From an uncultured Gemmatimonadota bacterium (GTDB taxonomy: Bacteria > Gemmatimonadota > Gemmatimonadetes > Palauibacterales > Palauibacteraceae): DNA of 64,000 bases. The notes beneath the pieces were generated by a model. It searched no databases, was not told where the DNA came from, and saw only the letters and a program-made list of their open reading frames with translations. Every line of letters starts with the position of its first letter. The stretch's first letter is position 1. A program made the position numbers and the translations under genes. Of this stretch, positions 54,546 to 63,496 are shown one piece after another. The DNA lies in the NCBI GenBank assembly GCA_964509895.1, contig CAZDZJ010000132.1:18269-82268 (forward strand), given 5' to 3'.

Positions 54546-55405
54546 GCGACGATCTGCCCCGGCGCGGTCACGACGAGGTCCGTGCCGCCTCGCGCCTTCA
54601 CCAGTGGAATCAGCGTCGGCAGCGCCTCGCGAAGCACCGCGACGCGAATCGCGTACCCCCCGTCTTCGTGCAGACGCGACACGGTGGGTTTGCGCATGCA
54701 GGGAAGGACCGACACCAGCTCGTCCAGACGTCCGGAGTCCACATTGACTTCGAGCATCACGCGCCTGCGGGCCTCGAGGACCGATTCCAGTACCAGCACG
54801 AGGTCGGCGATCCGGTCTCGGTGGGGCGGCGTCTCGAGGGCCCGCGGATTCGCGTAGAGGCGGGTCGACGAGGTCATGAGTTCGTCCACCACCTCGAGTC
54901 CGTTGGCCTCCAGCGTTGCGCCCGTCGCGGTGTTGTCGACGATCACGTCGGCGTCTTCGGGCGGGAACACCTCGGTCGCCCCGTACGAGCGGACGAGCGT
55001 CGCGTCCAGTCGGCGCCCGTCGATCCAGCGCGACGCCAGCCGGCGGTATTCCGAGGCGACCGTGAGGGGGCGTACGGTCTCGAGGCCGGCTACCGCCAGC
55101 GGCGCCGGGGCGGCCGCGACGACCCGCACCGGGTCGAGTTCGGTGTCGAGCAGTTCGACGAGCGATCCGTCAAGCTCCGCCACCCAGTCGGCCCCCGCGA
55201 ACCCGAGATCGCGCGAGCCCGCGTGGAGCATCTCCACCACGTTCTGCGGCTTGAGCAGCTTGGCGGTGAATCGCGGGACCGAAACGGCCGGGCGGTAGCG
55301 GCGCTCCCCCAGGTCGACGCGCACGCCGGCGGCGGTCAGCAACTCGAGTACGCCCGCCTGCATGCGGCCCTTCGGCAGAGCCAGTCTGGTGTCGTCGTGG
55401 GTCAT
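54542..55405 (-). CDS. hisG: ATP phosphoribosyltransferase, long form with C-terminal regulatory domain
   Basis: ATG at 55405. Motifs LALPKGR, DLGFAGADW and DNTATGATLEANGL. The C-terminal roughly 80 aa form an ACT-like domain (VMLEVNV...). Confidence 0.9.
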   Translation of the reverse strand: MTHDDTRLALPKGRMQAGVLELLTAAGVRVDLGERRYRPAVSVPRFTAKLLKPQNVVEMLHAGSRDLGFAGADWVAELDGSLVELLDTELDPVRVVAAAPAPLAVAGLETVRPLTVASEYRRLASRWIDGRRLDATLVRSYGATEVFPPEDADVIVDNTATGATLEANGLEVVDELMTSSTRLYANPRALETPPHRDRIADLVLVLESVLEARRRVMLEVNVDSGRLDELVSVLPCMRKPTVSRLHEDGGYAIRVAVLREALPTLIPLVKARGGTDLVVTAPGQIVA

Positions 55406-55444
55406 GTCGGCTCTCGGTGCCGACACCGGAGGGGGGAGGCGGCG

Positions 55445-55472
55445 AAAAAAAAGCCGGCCACCCCGGGCCGGC
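55445..55472 (-). terminator. Intrinsic terminator in the his operon 5' leader (attenuator terminator)
   Basis: The minus strand reads GCCGGCC-CGGGGT-GGCCGGC followed by TTTTTTTT. That is a 7-bp GC stem, a 6-nt loop and a U8 tract, ending 39 nt upstream of the hisG ATG. No minus-strand gene lies upstream that it could terminate. Confidence 0.65.
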
Positions 55473-55513
55473 ATCGATCGTTCGCAACCTCTGTTCAGAA
55501 AATGGCTAGACGA

Positions 55514-55579
55514 TCACCGGCCTCCGCTCTCGCGGTGGTAGTAGTAATAGTGGCCGAAAAAGGAATGCCGGTTCGTCAT
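55514..55579 (-). CDS. Candidate 21-codon leader peptide MTNRHSFFGHYYYYHRESGGR
   Basis: The sequence is ATG ACG AAC CGG CAT TCC TTT TTC GGC CAC TAT TAC TAC TAC CAC CGC GAG AGC GGA GGC CGG TGA. It is an AT-rich codon run in a GC-rich genome, 41 nt upstream of the terminator. Its 3' end (GGCCGGTGATCG) is complementary to CGATCGATGCCGGCC, which includes the terminator's 5' arm. Confidence 0.5.
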   Translation of the reverse strand: MTNRHSFFGHYYYYHRESGGR

Positions 55580-55747
55580 AGGGCGCGGAGGTTGGCACCC
55601 TGTCGCCTGCTTGTCAAGGTCGTATGCTTGTCGCTCCCGGTCTGGCCATACTCGCGTCCCCGATCCGACCGTGCTCGAACAGCCGAGACACTTCCGGACG
55701 GACGCCGTCGCCGGACCCCCGAACTCACTTCGGCCCTGGACGCGAGA

Positions 55748-56749
55748 ATGACCGATTCCCCGGCCCGGCCCGGCCGGACCCCGACGCCCGAGTCGAGCAG
55801 GGAAACGCGGGCGCGGATCGACCCCTGGATCGAACGGACGCCCGTGCGAAGGTGGATCCCCGACCGGGGTGTGGTGTCGCTTCCGGAAGGGTCCGAACTC
55901 TTCCTCAAGCTCGAGTTGTTCCAGCGCACCGGCTCCTACAAGGTGCGGGGGGCTCTCAACAACGTCCTCGCCGCGGATGCTGAAACGCTGCGGCGCGGGG
56001 TTACGGCCGTGAGCGCCGGGAACCATGCCATCTCCGTGGCCTATGCCGCGCAGTCCGTGGGCACCACGGCGAAGGTCGTCATGCTTTCCTCCGCCAACCC
56101 GGCACGCGTCGCGCGCTGCCGGAACTTCGGGGCGGAGATCGAGTTCGCCGACGATGGCGCGCGCGGATTCGAACGCATGGAGGAGATCGCCCGCGCGGAG
56201 GGGCGGCTGACGATCCATCCCTTCGAAGGTGAAGCCACGGTGCTCGGGACCTCGACCGTAGGCCTCGAGGTCGCGGAGCAACTTCCCGATCTCGACGCGC
56301 TCGTTGTCCCCATCGGGGGCGGAGGACTCATCTCCGGCACTTCGAGCATCGTGAAACAGCTCGCGCCCGCGTGCCGCGTCTACGGGGTGGAACCGGTGGG
56401 TGCCGACTCCATGCGGCGGAGCCTCGACGCGGGCGAGCCGGTGGCGCTCGACCGTATCGATACGATTGCGGACAGCCTCGGAGCCCCCCATGCGGCGCCT
56501 TACAGCTTCGGGCTCGTCCGGCGGTACGTGGACGATGTCGTGCTCGTTGACGATGACGCGATCCGCGGCGCGATGCGGGCCCTCTTCCTCGACGCGAAAC
56601 TGGTCGCCGAGCCCGCCTCCGCCGCCCCGCTCGCCGCGGCATGCGGTCCGCTCCGAGAGCGGCTGGCCGGGCTGCGCGCAGGTCTCGTCCTGTCCGGTTC
56701 CAACATCGACCTCGACACCTTCGCGGCACACATCCGGGCGGGCGGCTGA
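55748..56749 (+). CDS. PLP-dependent threonine/serine dehydratase (threonine ammonia-lyase-like, no regulatory domain)
   Basis: ATG at 55748. The PLP-lysine motif is TGSYKVRGA; other motifs are SAGNHA, GGGGLISG and SGSNID. Confidence 0.85.
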   Translation: MTDSPARPGRTPTPESSRETRARIDPWIERTPVRRWIPDRGVVSLPEGSELFLKLELFQRTGSYKVRGALNNVLAADAETLRRGVTAVSAGNHAISVAYAAQSVGTTAKVVMLSSANPARVARCRNFGAEIEFADDGARGFERMEEIARAEGRLTIHPFEGEATVLGTSTVGLEVAEQLPDLDALVVPIGGGGLISGTSSIVKQLAPACRVYGVEPVGADSMRRSLDAGEPVALDRIDTIADSLGAPHAAPYSFGLVRRYVDDVVLVDDDAIRGAMRALFLDAKLVAEPASAAPLAAACGPLRERLAGLRAGLVLSGSNIDLDTFAAHIRAGG

Positions 56750-56933
56750 TGCCCCGCCTCCGCGTCGGCCTGACCCGGGCCCGCCCGCGCGGCCGGCGGG
56801 GGCGTCGTCCGGGGGCCGATGCGGCGGCGTTCGAATGGCCGCGCTATTTCCGCGGCACTACACTGGAATCAGGTGCCCCGGCACTCCTGCCCGGGCCGGC
56901 CGTCCCTGGTCTTGCCATGAAGGAGGGAACGGA

Positions 56934-58040
56934 ATGAGCGAAGGAGCCGTGAGACGTCTTCCGGCGGTGACCACCCTGGGGCTGGTTGCGCTTCTCTCCA
57001 GCGTCTCTCCTCTCCCCGTCGCGGCGCAGTCGATCACCGTCGTGTCCTGGGGCGGGTCCTATGGCCGGGCCGTCGACGAGGGCGCCAACATTCCCTTCAC
57101 CGAGGCGACCGGCATCCGTGTCAGGATGGAGGACTACAACGGTGGCCTCGCCCAGATACGGGCCCAGGTGGACATCGGAAACATCCATTGGGATGTCGTC
57201 GACCTGGAGATCGCGGATGCCGTGCGCGGTTGCGACGAGGGGCTGCTCGAGCCGCTAGACATCGACGATCTGCCTCCCGGTGCCGACGGCACTGCCGCGG
57301 CCGACGACTTCGTGGCCGAGACCCAGACCCGGTGCGGGGTTGCCAATGTGTACTGGTCGACCGTGTACGCCTACAACGACGAGAGCTTCCCGGGCGAGAA
57401 GCCCGCGACCATGGCCGACTTCTTCGACCTGGAGAAGTTCCCGGGCCGCCGGGGGATGCGGCGGGTACCGCAGGTGAACCTGGAGTTCGCCCTGATCGCC
57501 GACGGCGTGCCGCTCGATGAGGTCTACGGCACGCTGAAGACGCCGGAGGGCCTGGACCGGGCCTTTGCCAAGCTCGAAACGATCAGGGACGAGGTGGTGT
57601 GGTGGGAGGCGGGCGCCCAGCCGCCGCAGCTGTTGGCCGACGGGGAAGTGGTCATGAGCACGGCGTACAACGGCCGCATCTTCAATGCCCGGATCATGGA
57701 AAACCAGCCGTTCGTGATCGTGTGGGACGGGCAGTTGCTGGACGTGGGCCAGCTCGGGATCGTCGCGGGTACCCCGAGGCTTGAGGAGGCGCTGAGATAC
57801 GTGGCCTTCAGCACCAGCGCCGAGTCTCTGGCGCGCATCGGCCGCCGCATCTCCTATTCCCCGGCGCGCAGATCCGGCAGGCCACTGGTGACGACCCATG
57901 TAGTCGCGGGAATCGACATGGGGCCCCACCTGCCGGCCGGCGCGGGCAACGTGGACCGTGCGCTTCAGTACGACTGGGCGTTCTGGGTCGACTACCAGGA
58001 CGCGCTGAACGAGCGTTTCAGCGCCTGGCTGGCGCGCTAG
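56934..58040 (+). CDS. ABC-type periplasmic solute-binding protein (polyamine/PotD-like family 1), orphan
   Basis: ATG at 56934 is preceded by AAGGAGGGA. The signal is LGLVALLSSVSPLPVAAQ. The mature start ITVVSWGGSYG is typical of the PotD/PotF-like family. No permease or ATPase gene is adjacent. Confidence 0.75.
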   Translation: MSEGAVRRLPAVTTLGLVALLSSVSPLPVAAQSITVVSWGGSYGRAVDEGANIPFTEATGIRVRMEDYNGGLAQIRAQVDIGNIHWDVVDLEIADAVRGCDEGLLEPLDIDDLPPGADGTAAADDFVAETQTRCGVANVYWSTVYAYNDESFPGEKPATMADFFDLEKFPGRRGMRRVPQVNLEFALIADGVPLDEVYGTLKTPEGLDRAFAKLETIRDEVVWWEAGAQPPQLLADGEVVMSTAYNGRIFNARIMENQPFVIVWDGQLLDVGQLGIVAGTPRLEEALRYVAFSTSAESLARIGRRISYSPARRSGRPLVTTHVVAGIDMGPHLPAGAGNVDRALQYDWAFWVDYQDALNERFSAWLAR

Positions 58041-58049
58041 TGTCGGGCG

Positions 58050-60320
58050 TCAGAACACCACCCGATAGCTGGCGTTCAGACTCCGCCCGCCCTCCGGCAT
58101 GATCTCCTTCACGCGCGAGAGGTGGTTGCGGTACTCGGTATTCGCGGCGTTGGCCAGGCTCACGGTCAGGACGTTCAGGCGCCCGCCGAGCGTAAACCGC
58201 ACCCCTGCCGCGGCGTTGAAGACGGTGTACCCATCTGTCCGCGTCTCGAATTCGCCGACCCGGTCCTGACGGTCCGCCATCTCGACCTCCGTGCGCACAT
58301 ACCACGACGGCCTCTCGTACTTCACGGCCACATGTCCCTTGAGCGGAGGCACGAGAGGCAAGGGTTGACCGGTCTCCTTCAGGCTGCCTTTCACGGATGA
58401 GGCCACTCCCTCCAGCGCCAGTCCCCGCCCCGCGTCGACGTCCACGCCGGCTTCGAAACCGCTGAATACGGCGTCGTTGCCCTGAAACTGATAAACGGGG
58501 AGGCGCACGCGGCTCAGGCGGCCCGTGTCCTCCCCGTAGATGTGGTTCTTGATGTCGTTGTGGAAGCCGGTGACCTCGGCCCTCAACCGGTCGGACTCGA
58601 AGCGGAGGAAGATGTCGAACCCCCTCCCGACCTCGCTCTCCAGCGACGGGTTTCCGACTTCGAAGACGTAGGCCGCCAGATGCGGCCCTTCCGAATAGAG
58701 TTCGGCGATGTCGGGTGTGCGAACCGCCCGGGCAACGCTGGTGCCGATGACCAGCCCGGCGGCGGACTTGTAGAGGACACCCAACGACCCCGACAGCGAG
58801 TGGAATCTGCGGTCGCGGATCTCACCGATGTCCGACACCCGATCTTCCCCCGGATCGGTCAGGGTCCAGTCGTAGCGTAGCCCCGACTCGATCTGGATGG
58901 AGCCCAGGTTGACCTCCTCGAGCAGGTACAGGGCCGCCTTGAACCGACGCGTGTCCGGCGTGTGGAGGGATCCCCCGTATGCGAAGTCCTCCCAGGACGC
59001 ACGGCCGCCCATCGCACCCCCGGAAAACGGTCCCCAGCTCCCATGCCGACCCAGGACGTCCGCGTTCGCCCTCCTTTGCTCGAAGAGCGTGCCCAGAATG
59101 TCCGCGGCTTCGATCTCGCGGTGCGTATACCACGTGTGCGTCGCGTCGAGGCGGAGGTTGTGGAAGGGTCCGACCGGCTCTTCGACCACGGTCCGGAACT
59201 TCGATGAGACCCGCTCCATTTCGATGCGCACCCCCTCCGCGTGCCCACCCGTGAAACCTCCCGGGATGCCGTAGTAGTTGCGGTAGCCGCGGAAGGAGCC
59301 CCCCAGGCGGCCCCAATCGGCGACGTAGGCCGTCCCCGCACCCCCGCTCCACATTTCGCCGTCGGTGTTGAGAAGCGTGCCGACGGGGGTCTTCAGGTCT
59401 CCCGCCGTCCGCGCGGCCACCTCCACACGCAGCGGCACGCGCTCCGCGATGGCGAACGCGGCCGTCGCGCTGCCGGCCAGCGAGCCGGTCGCGGTCTCCG
59501 TCTGCAGGTTCGCCGCGCCCGTCAGGCGGTGCGGCACGGCCGTGGGAATCTCGTCGCGGGTGACGTTGATGACCCCGCCCAGCGCGTTGCCCCCGTACAG
59601 CAGCGCCCCCGGGCCCCGCACAACCTCGATCCGTCGCGCCGAGGAGGGATCGAGTGCGGTGGTGTGGTCGGCGCCCGCATTGGACGCATCCCCCACCGCG
59701 GTCCCGTCCTCGAGCATCAGTACCCGATCGCCGCTCAGTCCGCGGATCACCGGTTGCGCAACCGCTGGACCCATCTTGGTGGCGGCCAGCCCCGGCATTG
59801 ACGCCAGCGTCCCCGCGACGGTCGCCGTCATCTGGCGTTGCAGGTCATCGCCCGTCATGACGCTGACCGGCCGGAGCGCCTCGGCGGCGGTGCGCTCGCT
59901 GATGGTGGCCGTCACGACCAGGTCGTTCATCGCAATCGGAGATGGTGACAACTCGATCACGACCTCCGCCGACTCCGCCACCGCGCGGCGGGCGCGTACG
60001 GTCCCCACGGTCACGTCCACGGTGGCGCCCCGGTACCCCAGGCGATCGGCCCGAAGGGTGTACACGCCCGCGGCCAGCCCGGTCAGGTGGAAGGTGCCGT
60101 CCGCGCGCGTTACCGCCCTGGTCTCCCTCCCGACCACCGATACGTGCGCTCCCGCCAGGGGGAAACCGGTACCCGCGTCCCGCACATTGCCCTCGAACAC
60201 ATACGCTTGCTGTCCCTGCCCGGCCAGGTCGGCGATGTCGGGAAGCGTGGGCCACGAAAGGCCCACCGCCGCAAGCATTGGGGCGAGAAGGCGGATTCGC
60301 TTTGCGATCGCTGAAGGCAT
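58050..60320 (-). CDS. TonB-dependent receptor with an N-terminal carboxypeptidase-regulatory-like domain
   Basis: ATG at 60320 is preceded by GGGAGGAAC. The CarboxypepD_reg-like segment is GNVRDAGTGFPLAGAHVSVVG...GTFHLTGLAAGVYTLRADRLGY. The plug region has VRGPGALLYGGNALGGVINV. The beta-barrel ends in ...ASYRVVF. Confidence 0.9.
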   Translation of the reverse strand: MPSAIAKRIRLLAPMLAAVGLSWPTLPDIADLAGQGQQAYVFEGNVRDAGTGFPLAGAHVSVVGRETRAVTRADGTFHLTGLAAGVYTLRADRLGYRGATVDVTVGTVRARRAVAESAEVVIELSPSPIAMNDLVVTATISERTAAEALRPVSVMTGDDLQRQMTATVAGTLASMPGLAATKMGPAVAQPVIRGLSGDRVLMLEDGTAVGDASNAGADHTTALDPSSARRIEVVRGPGALLYGGNALGGVINVTRDEIPTAVPHRLTGAANLQTETATGSLAGSATAAFAIAERVPLRVEVAARTAGDLKTPVGTLLNTDGEMWSGGAGTAYVADWGRLGGSFRGYRNYYGIPGGFTGGHAEGVRIEMERVSSKFRTVVEEPVGPFHNLRLDATHTWYTHREIEAADILGTLFEQRRANADVLGRHGSWGPFSGGAMGGRASWEDFAYGGSLHTPDTRRFKAALYLLEEVNLGSIQIESGLRYDWTLTDPGEDRVSDIGEIRDRRFHSLSGSLGVLYKSAAGLVIGTSVARAVRTPDIAELYSEGPHLAAYVFEVGNPSLESEVGRGFDIFLRFESDRLRAEVTGFHNDIKNHIYGEDTGRLSRVRLPVYQFQGNDAVFSGFEAGVDVDAGRGLALEGVASSVKGSLKETGQPLPLVPPLKGHVAVKYERPSWYVRTEVEMADRQDRVGEFETRTDGYTVFNAAAGVRFTLGGRLNVLTVSLANAANTEYRNHLSRVKEIMPEGGRSLNASYRVVF

Positions 60321-60465
60321 GGTTCCTCCCACTCCTGCGTGTCCAGGGCGTGTGCAAGGGCCGCAGGCCGAATCGCGGTATGGCAGGTTAGAGCGGTGCC
60401 AACACTCCGGGCAACCTGGTGGAGGCGTGAAAACCCTTTGGTGCCCCCGGGGCGTCAAAGACGGT

Positions 60466-62784
60466 GTGAGAGACAGCGGAAGGACTCGGCGGTGGCTGCC
60501 GCGGAGAGCGAAGAAGCGCAGGGGTCGGTGGCTCATGCTCGTGGCCGCGGCGATCCTCGCCGCCGGCTTCGGCTATCACGCATTCGAGGCCCGGGTGGCG
60601 CGCGAGTTCGCGTCGCTCGACGCCGCTTCCCCGACCCGTTTCGTGGCGCGACCGTGGACCCTCCGAGCCGGGGATCGGGTCGACCCACAGCGCCTCATCG
60701 ACCACTTGAAGAAGGTGGGCTATCGATCGGTCTCCGGCAGAACGCCACAAGCCGGAGAGTTCAGCGCACGCGGTCGCGATCTGTTCGTGGGCCGCCGCGC
60801 GCTTCGTCTCGGCGGATTCTTTGAGCCCGGCGTCCGCGCGTGGGTGCGATTCCGGGGCGGCGTGCGCATCTCGGCGATCCGGGACGCCGAAGGGCGCGAC
60901 CTCGCCCAGCTGCTGCTCGATCCAGAGGTGATCGGAACGTCCCTCGGGAAGCGCGGCCGGGATCGGGTACCCGTCCGGCTGGACGAGGTGCCGGAACACC
61001 TGGTCGACGCGTTGTTGACGGTGGAGGACCGCCGCTTCTACGAACACGGGGCGCTGGATCCCCGCCGCATCGCCGGCGCCGCGCTCTCGAACCTCCGCCA
61101 GCGGCGCGTCGTCGAGGGTGGCAGCACCATTACCCAGCAGCTCGCCCGTACGCTCTTCCTGTCAACGGACCGGACCGTGTTCCGCAAGCTGCGCGAGGCG
61201 GCCATCGCGGTGGCGCTGGAACGACGTTTCTCCAAGCAGCGCCTCCTCGAGGCCTACGTGAATCACATCTACCTCGGGCAGCACCGGGGGACCGCCATCC
61301 ACGGCTTCGGACGCGCCGCGCAATTCTACTTCGGCCGTGACATCTCGGAGCTGACGCTGGGCCAGTCGGCGATGCTGGTCGGGATCGTCCGGGGGCCGAG
61401 CGTGTACTCGCCCCATCGCCACCCGGAGCGGGCCCGGGCCCGGCGCGACCTTGTGTTGCGGCAGATGCACGCCGTTGGCCACGTGGACGACGCGCGGCGC
61501 GACGCCGAGTTCGAAGCGGATCCGGGGATTCGACATCCGCCGGAGCGGAACTTCGATGCCCGCTGGTATCTGGATTTTATGCGCCGGGAGCTGGCCGCCG
61601 GCGACGATTCGCCGGCACCGGAGCGTGGCGGTCCAACGGTGGTTTCTTCGCTTTCGCCGGAGATGCAACGCGCCGCCGAGACCGCGGTCTCAAACGGGAT
61701 TCGCGGCATGGAGCGCCTGCGTCCCCGGCTGAAGGAAGGGGCGGAGCCGCTTCAGGCGGCGCTGGTCGCCCTGGATCCGCGTACCGGTGACATCCTGGCG
61801 ATGGTCGGGGGCCGCTCGTACGGGGAGTCGCAGTTCAATCGGGCTGCGCACGCCCGGCGCCAACCTGGAAGCGCCTTCAAGCCCGTGGTGGCGCTGGCTG
61901 CCCTGGCACCGGGAGCGGGCCCGTCGTTCACCCTGGCTTCCGTGCTGGAAGACGAACCGCTCGCGCTGGATACGCCAGCCGGCGTGTGGCAGCCAGTGAA
62001 CGCAGACCGCGAGTTCCTCGGACGCATCAGGCTGCGCGAGGCGCTGGAGGGGTCGCGCAACGTACCGTTCGCCCGCCTGGGCCTGGCGGTCGGTACCGAC
62101 AGGATCATCGAGACGGCGCATCGGCTGGGCATCGAGGGTCCCCTCGCACCGTATCCGAGTCTGGCGCTCGGCGCCTCCGAGGTCACGCCGCTCGAACTGA
62201 CGGCGGCCTATGCGGTGCTGGCCGCGGAGGGCCTGCGTACGCCGCCTCGCTCGGTGATCGCGGTGCTCGGCCGCGACGGCGTTTTGCGGGAGCAGGCTGC
62301 GGGTCGCAGCGAGTGGGTCATCAGCCCGGCGGAGGCGTATCTGATCACGTCCGCGCTGCGCGGCGTGGTCGAGCGCGGGACCGGGAGCGGCGTCCGCAAC
62401 GCGGGATACCGCGGTCCCGTGGCGGCGAAATCCGGGACGACGAACGGTTCCCGCGACGCCTGGTTCGTCGGCTACACACCGGAACTGGCGGTAGGCGTGT
62501 GGGTTGGATTCGACGACGGGACGCCTGTCGGTCTCCCCGGCTCCAGGGCCGCCCTCCCGATCTTCGCGGACTTCATGATCCGCGTCCTTGGCCCCCATGG
62601 AGGCCGCAGGTTCCGCATGCCGCGGGGCGTGGAGTGGATAGAAATCCAGCCCGAGACCGGTCTGCGCGCCGGCTGGGGCTGCCGCGGCGAACCCGAACTC
62701 TTCCTCACGGGCACGGCGCCCGAGGCTTCCTGTGGCTACCGGCCGCGTCCCTGGCGCCGGCTGGGGTCACTCAGGACTCGGTAG
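60466..62784 (+). CDS. Class A penicillin-binding protein (glycosyltransferase GT51 + transpeptidase)
   Basis: GT51 motifs are EDRRFYEHGALD, GGSTITQQL and RKLREA. Transpeptidase motifs are SAFKP (SxxK), SRN and KSGTT. I propose the GTG at 60466, which gives a basic cytoplasmic tail before the TM helix. ATG at 60535 and GTG at 60427 are in-frame alternatives. Confidence 0.85.
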   Translation: MRDSGRTRRWLPRRAKKRRGRWLMLVAAAILAAGFGYHAFEARVAREFASLDAASPTRFVARPWTLRAGDRVDPQRLIDHLKKVGYRSVSGRTPQAGEFSARGRDLFVGRRALRLGGFFEPGVRAWVRFRGGVRISAIRDAEGRDLAQLLLDPEVIGTSLGKRGRDRVPVRLDEVPEHLVDALLTVEDRRFYEHGALDPRRIAGAALSNLRQRRVVEGGSTITQQLARTLFLSTDRTVFRKLREAAIAVALERRFSKQRLLEAYVNHIYLGQHRGTAIHGFGRAAQFYFGRDISELTLGQSAMLVGIVRGPSVYSPHRHPERARARRDLVLRQMHAVGHVDDARRDAEFEADPGIRHPPERNFDARWYLDFMRRELAAGDDSPAPERGGPTVVSSLSPEMQRAAETAVSNGIRGMERLRPRLKEGAEPLQAALVALDPRTGDILAMVGGRSYGESQFNRAAHARRQPGSAFKPVVALAALAPGAGPSFTLASVLEDEPLALDTPAGVWQPVNADREFLGRIRLREALEGSRNVPFARLGLAVGTDRIIETAHRLGIEGPLAPYPSLALGASEVTPLELTAAYAVLAAEGLRTPPRSVIAVLGRDGVLREQAAGRSEWVISPAEAYLITSALRGVVERGTGSGVRNAGYRGPVAAKSGTTNGSRDAWFVGYTPELAVGVWVGFDDGTPVGLPGSRAALPIFADFMIRVLGPHGGRRFRMPRGVEWIEIQPETGLRAGWGCRGEPELFLTGTAPEASCGYRPRPWRRLGSLRTR

Positions 62785-62800
62785 CCGGCCGGCCTCCCGC

Positions 62801-62818
62801 ACGCGCACTGGTGCGCGT
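62801..62818. terminator. Palindromic hairpin between convergent genes (candidate terminator)
   Basis: In acgcgcac-tg-gtgcgcgt the arms ACGCGCAC and GTGCGCGT are reverse complements. A GCCGGCCGGC palindrome lies just upstream at 62785-62794. The hairpin sits between the PBP stop (62784) and the stop of the minus-strand gene (62818). Confidence 0.3.
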
Positions 62819-63426
62819 CACTCGTGCCCGTCGTGCGCGTGATCGTGGCGCCCCTGGTGGAAGACGACGTGGAGCAGCGAGCCCGCAACGAAAGCCTGGT
62901 AGATTTCGAGGGCATGGTGCTCATCGGGCAGCAGCTCGGTGCCCGCCCCGAAGCCGACTACCGTGGCGACCAGAATCGCGCCCACGCCGGCCACGGCGAC
63001 GACGACGCCATGCCGCGGTTCGAGCAGCCACCAGATCAGAAGCCCGACGGCGACCCGGTGCAGGATGACGGCAAAGGCGAAGGGTGCGCTCGCGGTGGCC
63101 GGCATCAGGGCGCCGCCCTCCAGGAGGGCGTGCAGCACCATCGATGCCACGCCCAGCATGATCGTGACGTTGTCCGTGTGGTGCGCCAGCCGGTGGGAGA
63201 GTTTCTCGAGGAGGTAGAGCACGCCCCCGCCCGCAACGACGGCAAGCAGGGGCGTGATCTGACGCTCCAGCCACACATGCGGGAAGATCTGCCACGCTAC
63301 CAGCACCGGTAGCGCCACGAAGACAATCGTGTCGATCAGCCGCATCGTCTGCGGCCTGCGGTGCAGAAAGATGTAGAGGAGAACTCCGCCCACCGGCGCG
63401 ACGAGCGCTGCTATGAACGGGGTCAT
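62818..63426 (-). CDS. ZIP-like metal transporter / His-rich membrane protein
   Basis: Six to seven TM helices. The LHALLEGGA and ILHRVAVG motifs resemble ZIP HxxxEG motifs. The C-terminus is His/Asp-rich (HQGRHDHAHDGHE). The gene is adjacent to a CDF gene. Confidence 0.55.
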   Translation of the reverse strand: MTPFIAALVAPVGGVLLYIFLHRRPQTMRLIDTIVFVALPVLVAWQIFPHVWLERQITPLLAVVAGGGVLYLLEKLSHRLAHHTDNVTIMLGVASMVLHALLEGGALMPATASAPFAFAVILHRVAVGLLIWWLLEPRHGVVVAVAGVGAILVATVVGFGAGTELLPDEHHALEIYQAFVAGSLLHVVFHQGRHDHAHDGHE

Positions 63427-63448
63427 TCAGAACCCGTCGGACGTTCCT

Positions 63449-63496
63449 TCAGTTCGCCGGACCGCGGTGGTCGCAGTCGTGGTCGTGCCCGCCCAT
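63449..63496 (-). CDS. Candidate 15-codon micro-ORF MGGHDHDCDHRGPAN
   Basis: An ATG lies 7 nt downstream of AGGAG (the minus strand reads caGGAGcgaatcaATG). It sits between the CDF stop (63522) and the ZIP-like start (63426) on the same strand. Seven of its 15 residues are His, Asp or Cys. It could be a chance ORF. Confidence 0.3.
   Translation of the reverse strand: MGGHDHDCDHRGPAN

Noticed and set aside
55514-56731. A 405-aa minus-strand ORF that covers the whole threonine-dehydratase locus.
   Set aside because: It is antisense to a gene with clear PLP-enzyme motifs. Its own translation is Arg/Gly/Pro-rich with no recognisable family, which is typical of a GC-rich shadow ORF. Only its last 21 codons, which start at an internal ATG, are retained as the candidate his leader peptide.
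59365-60426. A roughly 350-aa N-terminal extension of the PBP ORF (the 1139-aa ORF-track entry).
   Set aside because: It is antisense to the TonB-dependent receptor and is Ser/Arg/Pro/Ala-rich without motifs. The PBP membrane anchor and GT51 domain begin only after about 60466-60535.
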